64,000 nucleotides of DNA from Haliotis rufescens (GCF_023055435.1 NW_025964386.1:496001-560000), one strand, 5' to 3'. Shown: positions 12,762 through 25,792, counted from the first letter of the stretch. The notes: generated from the sequence alone by a model not told the origin. Program-made: numbers and translations.

Positions 12762-14518
12762 ATACTTACTTACTTACTTACTTTGGAGATTTAACGTGCG
12801 CTTTCCGACACGGGCCCGGCCAGGCCTTTTTATGTGTTTCCGAAAGGGGCGAAAGTGGTCTGTGCAACCCAAGAGGGGGCTTTAGGGGTTGCTTATATAG
12901 AATTTGGGAATTTTGAGATTTGGAATAGATGCCGATGGGGTTGGGGAGGAGAACTAAGGGGGCTGGGTATGGTGGATGTTTGTTTGTTTATGTGATTTGG
13001 ATTTGGTAGATTATTTTGTTTTTAGATGCGTTTTATTAGTTCCGTTTTGATTAAGAATACGCCTAAGGCCTTGAAGTTTTCTAGTTTATTTTGTGGGTTT
13101 AGTATTGCTTCTAGAGTGAGAGGCTTGTTTAGATTGAGGGTGGTTTGTAATGCGGTTCGATGTGTTAGGTAGTGTGTGCAGTGGATGAGTGCGTGTTCTG
13201 GGGTTTCTAATTGTTTGCAGTGTGGGCAGTTACCTGTAATGGTTTTTTAAATTTTTTTGGGTGGTTATTTAGGTTGGTGTGTCCTGTTTGGAGTTTAGTG
13301 ATTACTCTGTCGATTTTTGTGGATGGATGGAGAAATTTTGGTTTGGTTAGTGGTTTGCTGAAGGAAGGATTGTGTGGTTTTATAATTAGTTGGTTGTGTG
13401 GTATGGACTCCGAAACCTGTGTGTTTGGAGGTCGGATCTGGACTCTATATACAGTTTACGAATGCTTCACCTCCTCTTGATGATTATAGTAGATCTCTTC
13501 TTAATGATTGTAATTGTTGTTTGTAATTTAAAATTGTTGTGACTTGATTATATACACATGTACTCTGGGCTGGAGGCCTTTATTACAGAATAAAAGAGTC
13601 TTGAGTCTTGAGTCTAAATGTGTCACCAATTTGGCCAATTTTCGTGTATGTATGCTAGTGTGGTAGTTTTAGCTATGTTTGGGTCGGTTTGTTTATCTAT
13701 TTGGCTAGCTAGTGTTGTGTCTATTTTGGGTATTTCAAGTTTAGGGGTGAAGATATTTGATTGTTTGCGGTTTTGTTTAAGATTTTTAATTTGGTGTTCA
13801 TTTAGGTGGTTTGTTATTCTTTGGGATATTGGGGTAAGTAAGGGGTGTTTACCAGCTAGAGCTTGGTTTTTGGGGCTGATATGATGTTTTGGTTTATTAA
13901 GTTTTGGATGAGAGGGTTTGATTTGGACGCGGCCCACAAATTTAAGCTTAGCTGTTCCCTGCGTAGACTTAGTGGCATTTCTCCTGTTAAGGCCTGAAGT
14001 GAAGTGTAGGAGGTGCTATGTTGGGTGGGTGTAATTAGTTTGAGAGCCTGATATTGTATTGAGTCATTTTTTTGGATAGAGAGATGTTTTGGCTGTTGTA
14101 TATGGCGCAGCCGTAGTCTAGTTTTGATCTAATTAGTGATATGTAGAGAGAGAGGAGGGTATCTTGGAGGCTCCCCAGTTAGAGCCAGTTAGGCATCTTA
14201 GCGTGTTTAGGTCTTTACTGCATTTAGTTGTTAGGTTTTGGATGTGAGCATCCCAGGAGAGATGTTCATCGAAAATAAGTCCTAAGACTAAATTATCTGA
14301 CCTTTGAGTCCTATTTTTTAAAAGTTTTTTTGTATTAGCCCATCGGGCCATACCATGTCGAAAGCTTTAGAGGAGTCTAAGAAGATGCCTGTAGTCTATT
14401 GTTTATTTAGTTGTCCTGTCTTAATATCTTGCTCTAGTCGGGCGAGGTTATCTAGGGTTGAGCGGCCAGGAGTGAAACCGCTTTGATCTGGGTTTATGAT
14501 GTTATTTTGGGTTAGATA
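12762..14518 (-). mobile_element. I-group LINE family B, 5'-truncated and internally deleted, (AAGT)n tail at 12762-12782
   Basis: Reverse complement of parts of 14950-16740; RT and RNase H remnants. Confidence 0.88.
13441..13615 (+). mobile_element. 3' end of an RTEX-like LINE inserted in family B
   Basis: TGGGCTGGAGGCCT..ATTACAGAATAAAA plus (GAGTCTT)n tail; resembles the 3' end at 46465-46507. Confidence 0.7.
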
Positions 14519-16840
14519 ATGTTACAAAAACTTAAAATAGGACTCAAAGGTCAGATAATAAACTACATCCAGCACTTCCTAAACAATCGTAAAATAACCG
14601 TGGGTATAGACCAAACACTATCGGACCAATGTCCCCTAGAAAATGGCACTCGCCAGGGCAGTTTCCTCAGCCCCACCCTCTTCAATATAATGATAAACGA
14701 TCTATTCGAGGGCCTATCCACTAAAGTAAACACATCAAAATTCGCGGATGATGGATCCGCACTATAAGCATGAAAATGGCCCAAAATTTACTCCAAAAAT
14801 CTCTTAATAAAATACAACAATGGGCTGACAAATGGGGCTTCTCCCTTAACTCAGAAATAACAACAGGAATAGTATTCAAACATAAAAAAATGAAACCCGC
14901 CTCCCCAATCCTCCAGGTCAACAACCAAACAATCAAATTTCAAAAACAAACCAAATTCTTAGGACTTATTTTCGATGAACATCACACCTGGGATGCTCAC
15001 ATCCAAAACCTAACAACTAAATGCAGTTAAGACCTAAACACGCTAAGATGCCTAACTGGCTCTAACTGGGGAGCCTCCAAAGATACCCTCCTCTCTCTCT
15101 ATACAGCACTAATTAGATCAAAACTAGACTACGGCTGCGCCATATACAACACCCTTAACAACTCTCTATCTAAAAAACTTGACTCAATACAATATCAGGC
15201 TCTCAAACTAATTACACGTACCCAACATGGCACCTCCTACACTTCACTTCAGGCCTTAACAGGAGAAATGCCACTAAGTCTACGCAGGGAACAGCTAAGC
15301 TTAAATTTCTGGGCCGTGTCCCATTCAAACCCTCTCATCCAAAACTTAATAAACCAAAACATCAGCCCCAAAAACCAAGCTCTAGCTGGTAAACACCCCT
15401 TACTTACCCCAATATCCCAAAGAATAACAAACTACCTAAATGAACACCAAATTAAAAATCTTAAACAAAACCGCAAACAATCAAATATCTTCACCCCTAA
15501 ACTTGAAATACCCAAAATAGACACAACACTTGCTATCCAATTAAATAAACAAACCGACCCAAACATGGCTAAAACCACCACACTAGCATACATACATGGA
15601 AATTGGCCAAATTGGTGTCACATTTACACGGACGGATCTTCAGATCCGACCTCCAAACACACAGGTTTTGGAGTCCATACCACACAACCAACTAAAACAG
15701 CACAATCCTTCCGACTCCCAAACAACCAATCAATATTCACGGCAGAACTAATGGGCATGGCCTTAGCCCTCCATAATCAAGAATCCAAAAACCACAAAAA
15801 AAATCCTAATACTTACCGACTCCCTAAGCGGACTGCAAGCCCTCCAAAACAAAAATACCAAAAAAACGACCTAAATTAATCAATCAAATACTTAAAAGCT
15901 CCAACGACCTAACTAAGGCAGGCAAACAAATAACATTCTTATGGATCCCCGCCCACGTAGGAATATACGGTAATGAAAACGCCGATAAAGCAGCTAAACT
16001 ATCCCTCAAAATCCCAGAAATAAGCTTAAACTTACCCATCTCAAAATCAGAAATTAAAAGTGTAAACAAGCAAAATATCACCAAAAAATGGCATAACCTA
16101 TATCTAAACTCAAATAGCCAAATCAAAAAAGTACTCAGCAAACCACTAACCAAACCAAAAATTCTCCATCCATCCAAAAAAATCGACAGAGTAATCACCA
16201 AACTCCAAACAGGACACACCAACCTAAATAACCACCTAAATTTTAAAAAAAACAACACTACAGGTAACTGCCTACACTGCAAACAATTAGAAACCCCAGA
16301 ACACGCACTCATCCACTGCACACACTACCTAACACATCGAACCGCATTACAAACCACCCTCAATCTAAACAAGCCTCTCACTCTAGAAGCAATACTAACC
16401 CACAATATAAACTAGAAAACTTCAAGGCCTTAGGCGTATTCTTAATCAAAACGGTACTGATAAAACGCATCTAAAAACAAAATAATCTACCAAATCAAAT
16501 CACATAAACAAACAAACATCCACCATACCCAACTCCCTTAGTTCTCCTCCCCAACCCCATCGGCATCTATTCCAAATCTCAAAATTCCCAAATTCGATAT
16601 AAGCAACCCCTAAAGCCCCCTCTTTGATGGCACAGACCACTTTCGCCCCTTTCGGAAACACATTAAATGGCCTGGCCGGGCCCGTGTGCGAAATACGCAT
16701 CAGTCGGAAAGCGCACGTTAAATCTCCAAAGTAAGTAAGTGAGTGAGTGAGTGAGTGAGTGAGTGAGTGAGAGTGAGAGTGAGAGTGAGTGAGTGAGTGA
16801 GTGAGTGAGTGAGTGAGTGAGTGAGTAAGTAAGTAAGTGT
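14519..16840 (+). mobile_element. I-group LINE family B, 5'-truncated (RT, RNase H, 3'UTR, (AAGT)/(GAGT)n tail)
   Basis: GTRQGSFLSPTLFNIMINDL, FADD, KFLGLIFD, IYTDGS, SIFTAEL, WIPAHVGIYGNENAD; stops and frameshifts present. Confidence 0.92.
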
Positions 16841-17081
16841 AACACTTATACATCAACTCATTCGTTTTCTACCAAGGATTTAAGACTGGGAGGCCTCTAA
16901 ACGCGTAAGTTATTTCTTTTGACAAAAGATTAGGATTTCGAACAAAAGGTTACAGTTAACATGAAAAATACAATGTTCAAGCACATTTGAATCTATACGG
17001 TAACAGTGAATTTTGGCCAGGAGTGGATGTGGAGAGTATGCGAAAAAGGGCTCCACTTTGTTTAGATGTAAACATATTTGA

Positions 17082-17402
17082 TGATACATCTGTGTGTGTT
17101 AAAGTTGAATTTGACATCTCGGGCCAAGTCGGACCCAACACAAGCCAAACTCTTCTGATAGAGACTGTGTTGAGAATGTAGAGGGAAAATGGCTTCACTT
17201 TGAGCACCTTGTTTTCTTTAAATACCGCGATCTGAGACACTATAAAGAGGTATTTAGGTAGATATAATACAAATCTATAGGTTTGAATCCATCCATTCAT
17301 GTAACATGTGTGAGGTTTAAGTTGATTTTGAAAACCCGGGCCAAGTCGGACCGAACACTTGTGAGACCTTTGAGAGCATGTGGAGAAGAGGTCTACTTTA
17401 AC
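17082..17402 (-). repeat. Repeat X, inverted copy; continues at 20693-20760 beyond the LINE insertion
   Basis: Reverse-complement homology to 12490-12761. Confidence 0.8.
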
Positions 17403-20400
17403 TTACTTGCTTATATTAGAGATTTTACGTGCGCTTTCCGACTGCAAGCGTATGTCGCACACGGGCCCGCCAGGCCATTTAATGTGTTTCCGCAACCCAG
17501 GAGGGGGGTTTAAGGGTTGCTTATATATTAATTTTGAGATTTTGAGATTTGGAATGAATGCCAAGAGTCGATAGGGGGCGAACTGAGGTAGCTGTGTGTG
17601 GTGAGTGGTTTGTTAGTTTATGTGATTTTGGTTTTATTAAACTGACGTCCAAAAGAAACTTTACCAACTGAAAATATTTAAATTTCAGATGAAGTCTATC
17701 TAAAACACATGACCTAAATACAACAATAGTGTACGCAGAAAATGTTAATCGTCTGTTACATGTTTGCGAGATAACACGCGAAAAAGTGAAAAACACGTGC
17801 ACCACGGACAACTGCAAATTAACGTGCGGGTAAGGGTATAAAACGATTGCAACGGCCAGTCAGACATCCACAGTGATAAAAAAACACAAAAGAAATGCCA
17901 TGACTCACAATCGAACAACGTGAACGAGCCTTGGGTATGGTACAGATGAGAGCCACCAACGCCCATATTGCACGAACCTTCGGTTGCTCCCGTGTTGCCG
18001 TTACCAACTTGATGCAACGTTACAGACAGACAGGGCGGACCGTTGACAGGCCAAGAACAGGCAGACCCAGGGTGACCACGCCCCATGATGACCGGTACTT
18101 GCGTACCTTGCACCTCCGAAATCGCTTCCTGACAGTGACGTCATCGGCGACAAATGCCTTAGGTCACAGGGTTAGTCGACAGACAGTGGCCAGGAGACGC
18201 AGGGCTCATGGAATCAGGGCTTTTAGACCATACAGAGGACAGCTATTGACAGCGCAACATCGTCGTCTGTGATTGAGATTGGCCCGGACTGTACGACGTT
18301 GGCAACGACGTGACTGGCAGAGGGTTGTCTTCAATGACGAAAGTCGATTCTGTATGTTTAGGGCTGATGGAAGACAACGTGTACCGCCGAAGGGGTGAAC
18401 GAACGGCGGCGTGTTGCGTGCAGGAGGTCGTACCATATGGTGGAGGGTGTGTCATGGTGTGGGAAGGGATCTGTGGGCAGGAGAGGACACCGCTGGTCAT
18501 CGTTGACGGAAACTTGCAATTGACAGCTCAGCGTTACATGGATAACATTCTTCGTCCAGTTGTCCTACCATTTCTCCAACAGCAGCCACGTGGTGTCATT
18601 TATCAGCATGACAACGCTAGAGCCCATACAGCCAGAATTGTCACTAACTTCCTCGCAGCCAACGTCAACGTCCTGCCGTGGCCTGCACGCTCACCCGACA
18701 TGTCCCCCATAGAACACCTCTGGGACTTGATGGACCGTCGTGTTCGACAACGACCACACTCTCCAGCCAACCGGCAAGAACTGATCTTGGCCCTCCAAGA
18801 AGAATGGCGTCAAATCCCACGTGACCTCATCAGACGACTGACTGCAGTGGATGAGTACGTTCTGGTGTTTCTTGTTGTTTGCAGTGTGGGCAGGTTCCTG
18901 TTGCGTGTAGTTTAGCTATTTTAAGGTGGTTATTTAGTTTATTTAGTTATTTATTTAGATTCCTACGTGGGCGGGGATCCAAATGAATTCTATTTGTTTG
19001 CCTGTGGTTTTGAGTATTTGGTTTATTAGTTTGGGGCGTTTTTTTGTGTAGTTATTTTTGAGGGCTTGTAGTCCACTGAGGGAGTCGGTTAGAATAAGGT
19101 TTTTTTTTTTTTAGATTGCTGATTGTGTAGGGCTGAGGCCATGCCCATTAGTTCGGCCGTGAATATGGATTGGTTGTTTGGGAGTCGGTAGGATAGGGAT
19201 TGGGTTTAGTTGGTTGTGCGATGTGGACTCCGAAACCTGTGTGATTGGAGATCGGATCTGAGGATCCGTCTGTGTATATGTGACACCAATTTTGCCAATT
19301 TTAGCGATGCTAGGGTCAGTCTGTTTATTTAGTGTATGGCTAGTGTTGTGTCTACCTTAGGTATTTTAAGTTTTGGGGTGAAGATATTTGATTGTTAACT
19401 GTTTTGTTTGAGATTATTTATTTTGTTTTCATTTAGGTAATTGATTATTCTTTGGGATATTGGAGTTAGTAGTGGATGTTTCCGGGCTAGGGCTTGGTTT
19501 TTGGCGCTAATATTGTAATTTATTATGTTTTGGATTAGAGGGTTTGATTGGGACGCGGCCCAGAAGTTTAGGGTTAGTTGTTCCCTATGTTGTTGTAATG
19601 GCATTTCTCCCGTTAAGGCCTGGAGTGATGTGCTAGAGGTGCCCTTTTGAGTTCGTGTGAATAGTTTTAGAGCCTGATACTGGGTAGTTGATCATAATAT
19701 TGAAGAGTTTGGGTTTTGGATGCTGCCCTGAGGAGTGCCATTTTCTAGGGCACATTGTTCCGATAACGTTTGGTCTATGCCCACGGTGATTTTGCGGTTT
19801 GTAAGGAACCTTTGAATGTAGTTTATGATTTGGCCTTTAAGTCCTATTTTTGTAGTTTTTGTATTAGCCCGTTGTGTCAAACCATGTCGAATGCTTTGGA
19901 GAAGTCTAGAAAGATGCCTGTAGTATATTGTTTGCTGAGTTGGCCTGTTTTAATGTCCTGCTATAATCGGGCGAGGTTATCTAGGGTTGAGCGGCCAGGA
20001 GTGAAACCGCTTTGGTCTGCATTGATTATGTTGTTTTGTTCTAAATAGTATTGTAGCCTGTGTATTGTAGTTTTTTTGTCATTGATTCCCTGACTTTGCA
20101 TAAGTTAGAAGTTAGGGAAATTGATCCTATGAGTTAGCCTCGTCAGCTGGTTTGTTTGGTTTGGGGATCGGTATGACCAGAGTTTGTTTCCAAGGTGATG
20201 GGACCCTTCCATTTAGATATATGAGGTTATAGTTTTAGAAGAGTTTGTAGTAGTTTGGGTGCTAGTTGTTTAATTATCTGGTAGGAAGTGAGGTCTAAGC
20301 CTGGGGCTGTGCCCTTTTTCCTATTTTTGAGGACGTAAAGTAGTTCTTCCATTGTGTATGGGAGATTTATTTCTAGGTTATTATCTTATGGTTCTTTGGT

Positions 20401-20692
20401 AAATTTGGTTTCTGATTTTAGTTGTTCCTGGAATTTTAGGTTGAAGTTACTGTTACTACTGACGGCCAAAAAGTGGTTTTCTAGGTTATTTGCTTTTTGA
20501 GAGGGGTCGGTTGAATTGTTTATGTTAGGGTTTTTTTTATGACGTTTAATGCCCCTAATGGCGTAGATATTGCTCCAGACCGTTCTGGCGTCCGTGTGGT
20601 GATTAATTTCTTCCAATTTCTTGTTTTAGCTGTTTTGACTAGGTTTTGTACTTGGTGGTTTAGCTCATGTGCTATTATTAGATGTTTGAACG
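17403..20692 (-). mobile_element. I-group LINE family B (diverged subfamily), 5'-truncated, with 8-bp TSD
   Basis: ACTTTAAC at 17395-17402 and 20693-20700; tail at 17403; RT remnants 19690-20400 (FLDFSKAFD, GTPQGS). Confidence 0.85.
17639..18843 (+). mobile_element. Tc1 DNA transposon, degenerate, right end deleted
   Basis: Left TIR ACTGACGTCCAAAAGAAAC; GRPRVTT, DESRF, QHDNARAH, WPARSPDMSPIEHLW (DD34E). Confidence 0.9.
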
Positions 20693-20949
20693 ACTTTAAC
20701 CAGCGTGTCTGCTTTAAATACGATGAACAGTGACATTATAAAGTGGTATTTACTTAGATATAGTACGTTCCTATAAATATAAACGCTATGCCGACAGGTG
20801 GAAATTTGTATCACTATAGCTAGAAGTATTTGATACGTTTCAAATCTTATTTCGTTTAACGATTGCTCTTTTACATGTTACCTAGATCAGCGACGCTTAC
20901 ACACAGCTCCACTTTCTGGTTTTCAAGTGATTTACTCCGAAATACTTAA

Positions 20950-22444
20950 TTAAGTAATTAGCCAATAACACATTGGCCCGTCCCGACTTTTAGGCAATGC
21001 CGTACACTGGCGGTGGGGCATGAAAAGGGGTTGGGCAGTCCAGTGGGAGGGCATGGTTTGATGAGGGAAAGCCTTTTTGGGGGAGGGTTGGAAATAATTT
21101 GTTGAGTTGTGTCGCTCCTTGTGTATTCTGTCCATTTAACTTTGAGGGATGTAATGACAGACATGATGCCCTCCATACAGAGACCATATATGGGGTTGTC
21201 TTGGTATCTGCCTGTTTAGGTTTACGGCGGATCCTCGAAAGAAAACTAAACTTACTGGAGGGCGTTTCATCATCAGAGCATGTAGTTTTGAATGAAAACA
21301 GAGGCATTGTAACTTTAAAGACTTAACAAGTATGACCAAATTGTATAAACACTTACCCAGTGGAAATATTAACTAAAAATTACAGAACAATAACTATAGT
21401 CACTGAAAAATCACAAAGTCACTGACACAGGGTTCAACGTAAAATGTTGAGAGTTCAGTGGGAATACTGGTGAGATTTACTTCATATTTCGTTCTCCTGT
21501 GTACTGGGTCCACACAACAACATTAAAGAGTTGTTGGTTGTTGGCTGTGTTGGGTGTGGTGACTTGTTTTTCGCCTCCTGGTCGCTGGATCAGGATATTA
21601 GTTGGTTAGTCTCACTGGTTGGCAGAGACAATTTTTTGTAACTGACACAGAATACAGGTGGGGTCTTTGCTCACACTGCACACTATGTACAACACAGTTG
21701 ATTGTTGAGGGTGTCTCACTGCTCAGCTTGTCTCAACATTTCACAGTGACGTCTAATGCTGACGGTTGGAGTTGTCACGTTGACTTGAAGTTAGTTGTGA
21801 AGTGGACCCCGGATGGGGGATGTTGCTGGATCTGAATGAAGAGTATTCCCATGGACTTGCATTGTATCAGCGAGAGGTTCCGAGATCTTGGACGCCACCA
21901 TGTATCCCGGGCTGTTAGGTTTGGGATATCTGTCCTTCTTCAAACACAGGAGTCCATCCGTGGGTCCACAACACTTTATTTGTGATATAATAATTACAGC
22001 ATCTGTATAATCACGATTGTGGTAATGGGACAGACATGGCCAGGCAGCATATCCGAGGCGTCAGAGAGCCAACCTACCTAGCCGCTGTCTGAAGCTCAAG
22101 CCAACAGAAAGAATTCTAATTTTAACCAGTGAAATCACTGACCAACTGCCACGTATCGAATACGATACCTCTCTGGTCAGCCTGCAGTATCCCGCACCTC
22201 ATCTACAATGTCAAGCTTCAGTGGCCAACTGGCCATTCTCTAGCGCTTATTAGGGGCCACTGACCTGCACATGACTCCATGCTGTTGGCCATTGTAATAA
22301 TAGCCCTGCTGCTGTAATAATTTGTATTGGGCAGCGCCGTGAATATTTATCTACATATATTTAACTTATTTAACTCAGGGAAAATATAAGGCATATATAA
22401 ACTCCCTGTTAAAACCTATACCCTGCCAAACTGCCTACGATACA
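20950..22444 (-). mobile_element. 5' end of an LTR retrotransposon: 544-bp LTR (21901-22444), PBS and degenerate internal sequence
   Basis: LTR bounded by TGTATC...GATACA; minus-strand AATAAA ~21975; TGGTGGCGTCC immediately after the LTR's terminal CA; internal limit approximate. Confidence 0.65.
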
Positions 22445-23322
22445 TGTGTAGACATGTGGAGGACATTTAGAGACGTGTGGAGGACATGTAGAGACGCGTG
22501 GAGACGTGTGGGGGACACGTGGAAACGTGTGGAGGACATGTGGTAACGTGAAGAGGACATGCGGAGGCGTGTGGTGGACCTGTTGAGACGTGTGGAGACG
22601 TGTAGAAGATACGTGGAGACGTTCGGAGTCGTGTTGAAGGCATGTTGAGACATGTGGATACGTTTGGGGACATATGGAGGACATGTAGAGATGTGTGGAG
22701 GACATGTGGAGACGTGTTGAGAACATGCGGAGACGTGTGGAAGACATGTGGAGACGTGTTGAGAACATGCGGAGACGTGTGGAGGACATTGGAGACGTGT
22801 GGAAGACATGTGGAGACGTGTTGAGAACATGCTGAGACGTGTGGAGGACATGTGGAGACGTGTTGAGAACATGCGGAGACGTGTGGAGGACATTGGAGAC
22901 GTGTGGATGATATGTGGAGACGTGTTGGGGACATGTGGAGACCTGTGGAGGACATGTGGAGACCCGTGGAGGACATTTGGTGACGTGTGGAGGACATTTG
23001 GTGACGTGTGGAGGACATGTGGAGACGAGTGGGTGACATGTGGAGACGTGTGGAGGCGTGTGAAGGACATGTTTAGACATGTGGGGGACACGTGTAGACG
23101 TATGGGGACGTGTGGAGACATGTGGAGACGCGTTGAGACACGTGGAGGACATGTGGAGACTCGTGGAGACGGGTTGAGACGTGTTGAGACTTGTGGAGGA
23201 CAATGAGACGTGTTGAGAGATGTGGACGTTATGTGAAGACTTGTTTATGACATATGGAGACGTGTGGAGACATGTGGAGACCGTGTGGAGGACATGTGGA
23301 GACATGTGGAGACGTGTGGAGG
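22445..23322. repeat. Satellite of GGAGACGTGT / GGAGGACATGT 10-11-bp units
   Basis: Direct tandem repetition. Confidence 0.95.
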
Positions 23323-23600
23323 CTCCTCTTGATATTTCTTCTGAATATGTTCACATTCAAATAATTGTGTATTTGTAATTGAAATATAGTTCACATTTTG
23401 ATAATGTCATCGTATCCAAATTGCTTGGATCAATAATCATGTCAATCACTGGATTGTCTGATCGAAACTTGATTATTTACGAATCACCGTTACTATGAGT
23501 TACCATTTTTAACCACAAGTCAGTTTCAGTGGTAGAAAGGGTAGGTAAGAAAAAGATGTCCGTAAGAAATTACGATTTGAATGCATACTATTTATTGATT

Positions 23601-23701
23601 TTATTGTACAGGCATAATCAGGGCGCTTCTTCCTGCTTTCTTGGGGGATTTGACGGCAACGTTGTATCCTCCCATTGCCAAGGGTTGGCTCTTACATTTA
23701 G
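23601..23701 (-). CDS. Secreted EGF-domain protein, coding exon 4 (terminal)
   Basis: ttcacAG acceptor, phase 1 matches, AKCKSQPLAMGG...MPVQ*, two AATAAA at 23604-23591. Confidence 0.7.
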
Positions 23702-23902
23702 CTGTGAACTGTTGATGGAAAGACAATATTGAATCAAATGAAATCTGTGAAGGATTTTATTAAAGATATTAACAGAAAAGGAAAATAATAAAACACATAT
23801 GATAAAGAAAATATACGTCACATAAAACCTTTATCAACCATCTAACAATCGTATCTAAAGTAGAATAAAAGTTAAAGCTATATGAAAGTAGATGATACTG
23901 AC

Positions 23903-24583
23903 CATATACGACCCCGAGACCTATGCCGTCGAGACTTGGATTACTAGGAGAAATGGCGTAAGTACCACATCCCCCAAAGTGTAGTTCCGTGTCGAAGAAG
24001 TAGTCGTCGTTGAGATGGTCAGGTGTACTTAACATCTGGGCACCCGAATTCCAGTGAGCTGTCAAAGGATAAGCGTTCGCCCATCCTGTCCTTGTAGGCG
24101 AACGCTGATTGGGATTCGTATAGAAGGTGAAATAGGCATTGGGGTTTCCGTCACAATTACTGAATGACTTGTCAACTCCATTTGCGTTGTATCCGTGTAC
24201 GAAACCATTCGACAGGAGGACTTGGGGATGAAAACCCAGGTATAAATAGGGACCTAGATTCAGATTATTTGGGCTTGTGTAGAGTGTATATTCATTGGCC
24301 ATGATGCCAAGAGGTAGGAATGAAAACCTATCAAGCTGAGAGATTGTGGATTCGGACTGTGTCATGTCCGTCCACTTTGCAACAAAGCTGACTTTGGATT
24401 TAGTGTTGAAGTGGAGACTTAACTTCTCGGTTGTCAATGTGGCTACAGCGGATTTGGAGAAGTAGGTGATGATGTCACTGCTGCGGAAGCGGCACCAAAC
24501 TCTGATGGTACTGCCATTGTTAGTCCAGAAAGTATACTCGCCGCTAGCCGAGTCCGGTGCAACACTGTAGATGTCATGACATG
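23903..24583 (-). CDS. Secreted EGF-domain protein, coding exon 3 (~227-aa unassigned domain)
   Basis: tttttccAG acceptor, GTCAGT donor, 681 nt open, phase 1-1; TCHDIY..SGEY..VWC, NCDGNPNAYF, ELHFGGCG. Confidence 0.85.
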
Positions 24584-24879
24584 CTGGAAAAATAATTGTG
24601 TACTGACATCTTTTGAAACATCGGTAGTATTGTGCGTGGAACATGTATGAAAACAAATATACTTTTTGACAATTCCGACTTTCTCATAAGTAATTGTTTA
24701 TGAACCAGTATCAATTAGTAATGATACTAGGTGTGCGCAAAACGGTGACCATAACCCAACGGTGGCACCAATCACAAACACATGCAAAGGCAACTGTTCA
24801 ACTGTAGAAATACGTCAACATATACTACAGGTCAAAATAGGTGATCGTTTTGTCACTGATGCGTAAAATGTGGAAATGC

Positions 24880-24990
24880 CCTCCACATTTCTTCCATAAA
24901 ACGTTTTGAAAGCCTTACTAAGGGCCTTAGTGTAACCCTGATCCAACAACTTTTGATCATGAGTCGTATGATGTGCTTTAAACCTTCGTA
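24880..24990 (-). mobile_element. Small intronic relic of a Penelope-like RT element
   Basis: QKLLDQGY..LSKAFKTFYGR resembles a recalled PLE RT C-terminal motif. Confidence 0.4.
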
Positions 24991-25557
24991 GTTCACAATT
25001 TATGAAATGTAAATACAAAACACTGGAGCTGCTGAAATATTGCTCGAATTAAAACAGGAACAGTTGATTATTGGAAAGTTTATGTGACCCATCTTGTCAT
25101 CTGGATAGCTTTTTGTCCCTCTGAATCTTCATTCACAGATACATTAAAACATACTTCAATCTAAAATTGTGTTTTTAACGATTTATTCGTTTAATACATT
25201 TAATCTTCATATGCAAGGAACATTTACAAAACATTTCAGATCTGTCAAACAAGCTTTATCTGAGAGTTTGTTGAGATTTTTGTATGAATAATCTGTATTA
25301 GAGAGTACATCCGTCTAGATTCTGTAGGAATAATCAATTTCAGATTTGTTGAAGGCTTTAGGATCAGCAATCATTGGAATCATTGTTCCTGATGGCAAAC
25401 ATAGCTTACGTTATTGCAAATATTCATAAAGATATTGTTTTGTTTACCCTATCCATTTTAACTCAAAAGCAGGTGCAATCGGATCAAAGGCAAATTTGTT
25501 TGCAAATGAGCTCATTCTGTTGGAGAATTTAAAATGGTGAACGAATAAAATACTTAC

Positions 25558-25660
25558 TGCGGATGTCATGTTGACAGATGTCTCCCTTATAGCCTGGTTT
25601 GCAAGCACAGGTCCCGTTCGCCTGTTTAATACCCCCATTCATACATTCAGCCCCACAGCC
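25558..25660 (-). CDS. Secreted EGF-domain protein, coding exon 2 (EGF-like)
   Basis: ttttctAG / GTAAGT; GCGAECMNGGIKQANGTCACKPGYKGDICQHDIR. Confidence 0.88.
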
Positions 25661-25792
25661 CTAGAAAATGAAAACGTAAGCATTTCAGCATTTGTTAGGG
25701 AGTGAGATCTTTCTTCTTGACATTTGTTTTCAGGATGGTTATGCCAAAAATAAGAGGGTCGCTATTCCCCATACTGGGGTACACGTACTTAC

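Noticed and set aside
12190-17357. Pack-MULE with repeat X as TIRs carrying LINE cargo
   Set aside because: X orientation next to the MULE ORF implies the arms would face the wrong way; no TSD found.
21264-21276. Minus-strand CTGATGA..GAAAC hammerhead core
   Set aside because: No room for stem II and no supporting stems seen.
22409-23305. Long ORFs in the GGAGACGTGT satellites (also 39454-40601)
   Set aside because: Open in several frames on both strands because the unit lacks stops; no gene structure.
23769-24656. 295-aa single-exon gene as listed in the ORF track
   Set aside because: Its ends are intronic read-through; splice sites delimit 24583-23903.
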